A stretch of 64,000 bases of DNA. Source: an uncultured Pseudanabaenaceae cyanobacterium (GTDB lineage: Bacteria; Cyanobacteriota; Cyanobacteriia; PCC-9006; JAAUQQ01). The stretch lies in NCBI GenBank assembly GCA_937949725.1, contig CALECT010000017.1, positions 13,243 through 77,242 on the forward strand, in the 5' to 3' direction. The translations under genes and the position numbers were made by a program. A model generated the notes under the pieces. The model was not told where the DNA came from, did no database searches, and worked only from the letters and a program-made list of their open reading frames with translations. Positions 63,701-64,000 of the stretch are shown one piece after another (position 1 is the stretch's first letter; every line of letters starts with the position of its first letter).

Positions 63701-64000
63701 GTTGTCGCAACTGCTGCCGGTGTTGCTCCCCTCAATTTTTCGTTAACGAACTTACCCACACCAACGCCTCTACCACTGCCAGAACCCACCCCAGCTCCTA
63801 TTCCTACGCCGGAGCCAACGCCACTAACACCGTCTCCTCCCACGAGGCTAACGCCACTTACCTCACCGCCACCTCCTGAAACACCGTCCATTTCCTTTTT
63901 GGAGCGTCCGATTGATTTCCCTCAAACGAGCCTCAATACCTCTGCGCTGGGGCAGCCGACCCTGGGGCAACCGCCCTTGAGTCTTGTTAATAACGCTGCC
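57761..64000 (+). CDS. Second giant TpsA-like paralog (3'-truncated by window edge; CHAT domain expected downstream)
   Basis: Not in the ORF track, consistent with no stop codon in the window. Starts MNSLIGNLPKSLLLLPLLGVTAPKSRAAE, then ENLFHRFDQLDL, NPAG, GGEVIVWSDG, WLIDP, GGAI repeats, one Ig repeat and a Pro-rich linker. Ends ..PLSLVNNAA, matching PLSLVNTT just before the CHAT region of the first copy. Confidence 0.85.
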   Translation, partial: MNSLIGNLPKSLLLLPLLGVTAPKSRAAEPSLLPLEPGATTKAGDLRFSHDITQIRRSPIAPAPSGAVEAFAAQTSDGDSPLIIAQVIPTPGAVNTQVELDASGTDFQITGGTQTGENLFHRFDQLDLNAGQIADFEVHPGVETILSEIGSGPSNIDGLLKVSGGSADLFVINPAGVVLGPNAQLDLSGSFVATTADRLEFSNGEIDLLDEGFTEQTVVSGSLDSLGFSAHAAGGVIVNQGQLAVDAGQSIGLLGHAVINTGELKAPGGEVTVLAAKGGQQVSLQGELLNLELAAPVADGSSNPVLWNNASQSLVEATGLSQNTDGSISLAAGTVRVSGDVDVSSVIGAGGTATLLGDQVQVVDAVVDASGAEGGLIRVGGDYQGQGELLRARATQVDTASVLRADGGASTLGIRPDGGEVIVWSDGTTEFAGTATAQSLAPGGEGGLVETSAKQQLAIAPTANVNTTSVDGATGQWLIDPVDLTVVNGGGAGSIVGGTNSPAGASTIDAATIEAGLNGNNVVLQADNSITVNAPIDASANPSGGDLELDAPTLNLNERVMLVAGSDLSGTATTVNVGANGGVQNGVDAVATGGTVNLAVATYREGQEIIIDKSLTLQGQGAEDTTISGDADNNGDGDHRVLEAMGAGNNIVLQQLTIADGRTGGIGASGGGLTAVDVNLTIADAVFRNNRTVGNGSQDGGAFHQADASVTVTRSQFIDNQSTHDGGAINLQSGSLNISDSTFTQNIALSEGGAIDNDRFGSLTITNSNFSDNTAALRGGAIMIDANVGAVSVADSNFSNNSSGNGGAILIDRNAGPISITGGNFSNNTADDGGAIFTESAVEIAGSNFTDNIANESGGALLLTSSSSGNSIQGSSFIRNQALAQNGGAIDAQVNSSLQLSANNFTQNQAQRDGGAIRNDGVITLSDTTLTNNQSVDRRGGAIHLSSNGRLTITNSNFTGNQAGDHGGALASFSTDSNSLTIDNSTFVNNHSDRFGGGLYLDSTNGRIDLFDVTLQNNTAQDGGGLYKLDGATLEIIGNSRFEDNIATRFGGGLVNDRVDGDVNLIGTLFRNNDASDDGGAIHLRNGSQLTGEDLTFLNNTAQDGGAIDLSSGTQLSLTDSIFQANQATTGGAIDVDTNSQLNLTRGSFRNNSSLTGGAIRSDSGQITADRTEFINNQAGISGGAIVHAGSAIASLTNVTFTGNTADRFGGAIFNEGDVNSQLEISGSDFSQNQVLSSNSASGDGGAISIRGDGATTISATDFSENQATFDGGAIANSANSGQLTITGSQFIENQAVGPGGAIDNQGRLTIDQSSFTRNQTTSTTTGNGGAIANRFAQAELTIDQTSFVDNQSSRQGGGVFNFQAAALTVTNSSFEGGSATLGGGIYSGFSPADIADSHFEGNEVAPGATTGDGAAIYNLSGDLTVVGSTFVDNQATDFGGAILSSEPDATLVVQDSDFTNNRARIGGAVHQFQGQLTVEDSDFLNNQADQGGALNVVGLSAGSRIQNSLIQGNQSTTTGGGINLASDAELLLTEVVLDQNQADQSGGGLAAPSAQGFSGNLEIVDSSFTNNQAGQNGGGLFQENGSLQIRGSQFIDNVAQRRGGGLNLTDVSNAVIEQTLLEENQAINLAGGGASLEGNTNLTLTQSILRQNQAVGTGGALSAQESNNFSGDVTVSDSSFEQNLGSFGGAIHFNPSPLGGTLSVEGSSFIANQAQRSAGALQISDGAIAVIERSTFSGNQANETGGAIRSGGNLTIERSTIANNISDVDTTGDGRGGGILQQQGQVSVSNSIVAQNQVGSDATAIAADLSGNFQDLGNNLIGIADGATGLTSSALLGSTAAPLNPLLGPLGNYGGLTQTLPLLPGSPAIDAANASVLDQRGIAQVSVATDVGAFESQGFVAPPSSGTPQSTEINTAFADPLTLVISSTFGEPVDGGQINYAAPASGASIDSLQNPISVAITGGIAQLPVTANALEGQYDVVATAAGVAPLNFSLTNLPTPTPLPLPEPTPAPIPTPEPTPLTPSPPTRLTPLTSPPPPETPSISFLERPIDFPQTSLNTSALGQPTLGQPPLSLVNNAA

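Larger units (their letters stand above)
1..64000. repeat. HIP1 octamer GCGATCGC dispersed throughout
   Basis: Dozens of copies (e.g. 652, 1468, 2861, 3112, 7040, 7865), far above chance for an 8-mer. Hallmark of many cyanobacterial genomes. Confidence 0.9.

Overview
Cyanobacterial chromosomal window. The assignment rests on abundant HIP1 octamers (GCGATCGC), pedR, hpsJ-like and FHA-PBP1A genes, and the DUF502-nusB-ftsY-PP2C-argH gene order. Positions 1-49.1 kb are mostly housekeeping and envelope genes: ClC channel 3' part, ychF, rpmB, sir, PBP1A, ABC1 kinase, recN, argH, ftsY, nusB, pgl, hisS, pedR and leuCD. The last 15 kb hold two tandem giant secreted paralogs with a two-partner-secretion (TPS) domain, beta-helix repeats and Ig-like repeats. 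The first ends in a caspase-like CHAT domain with an intact His/Cys dyad. The second is absent from the ORF track and runs off the window. Other notable items: a 201-bp MITE with 14-bp TIRs and an 8-bp target duplication carrying covarying REP-like hairpins; a stand-alone GlnD-like tandem-ACT protein; a ribbon-helix-helix tail on sulfite reductase plus a palindrome in its promoter; an orphan LysR-type box upstream of leuC; and several long perfect palindromes. No rRNA, tRNA, CRISPR array or transposase was seen. All family calls are from motif recognition by eye, not database searches.
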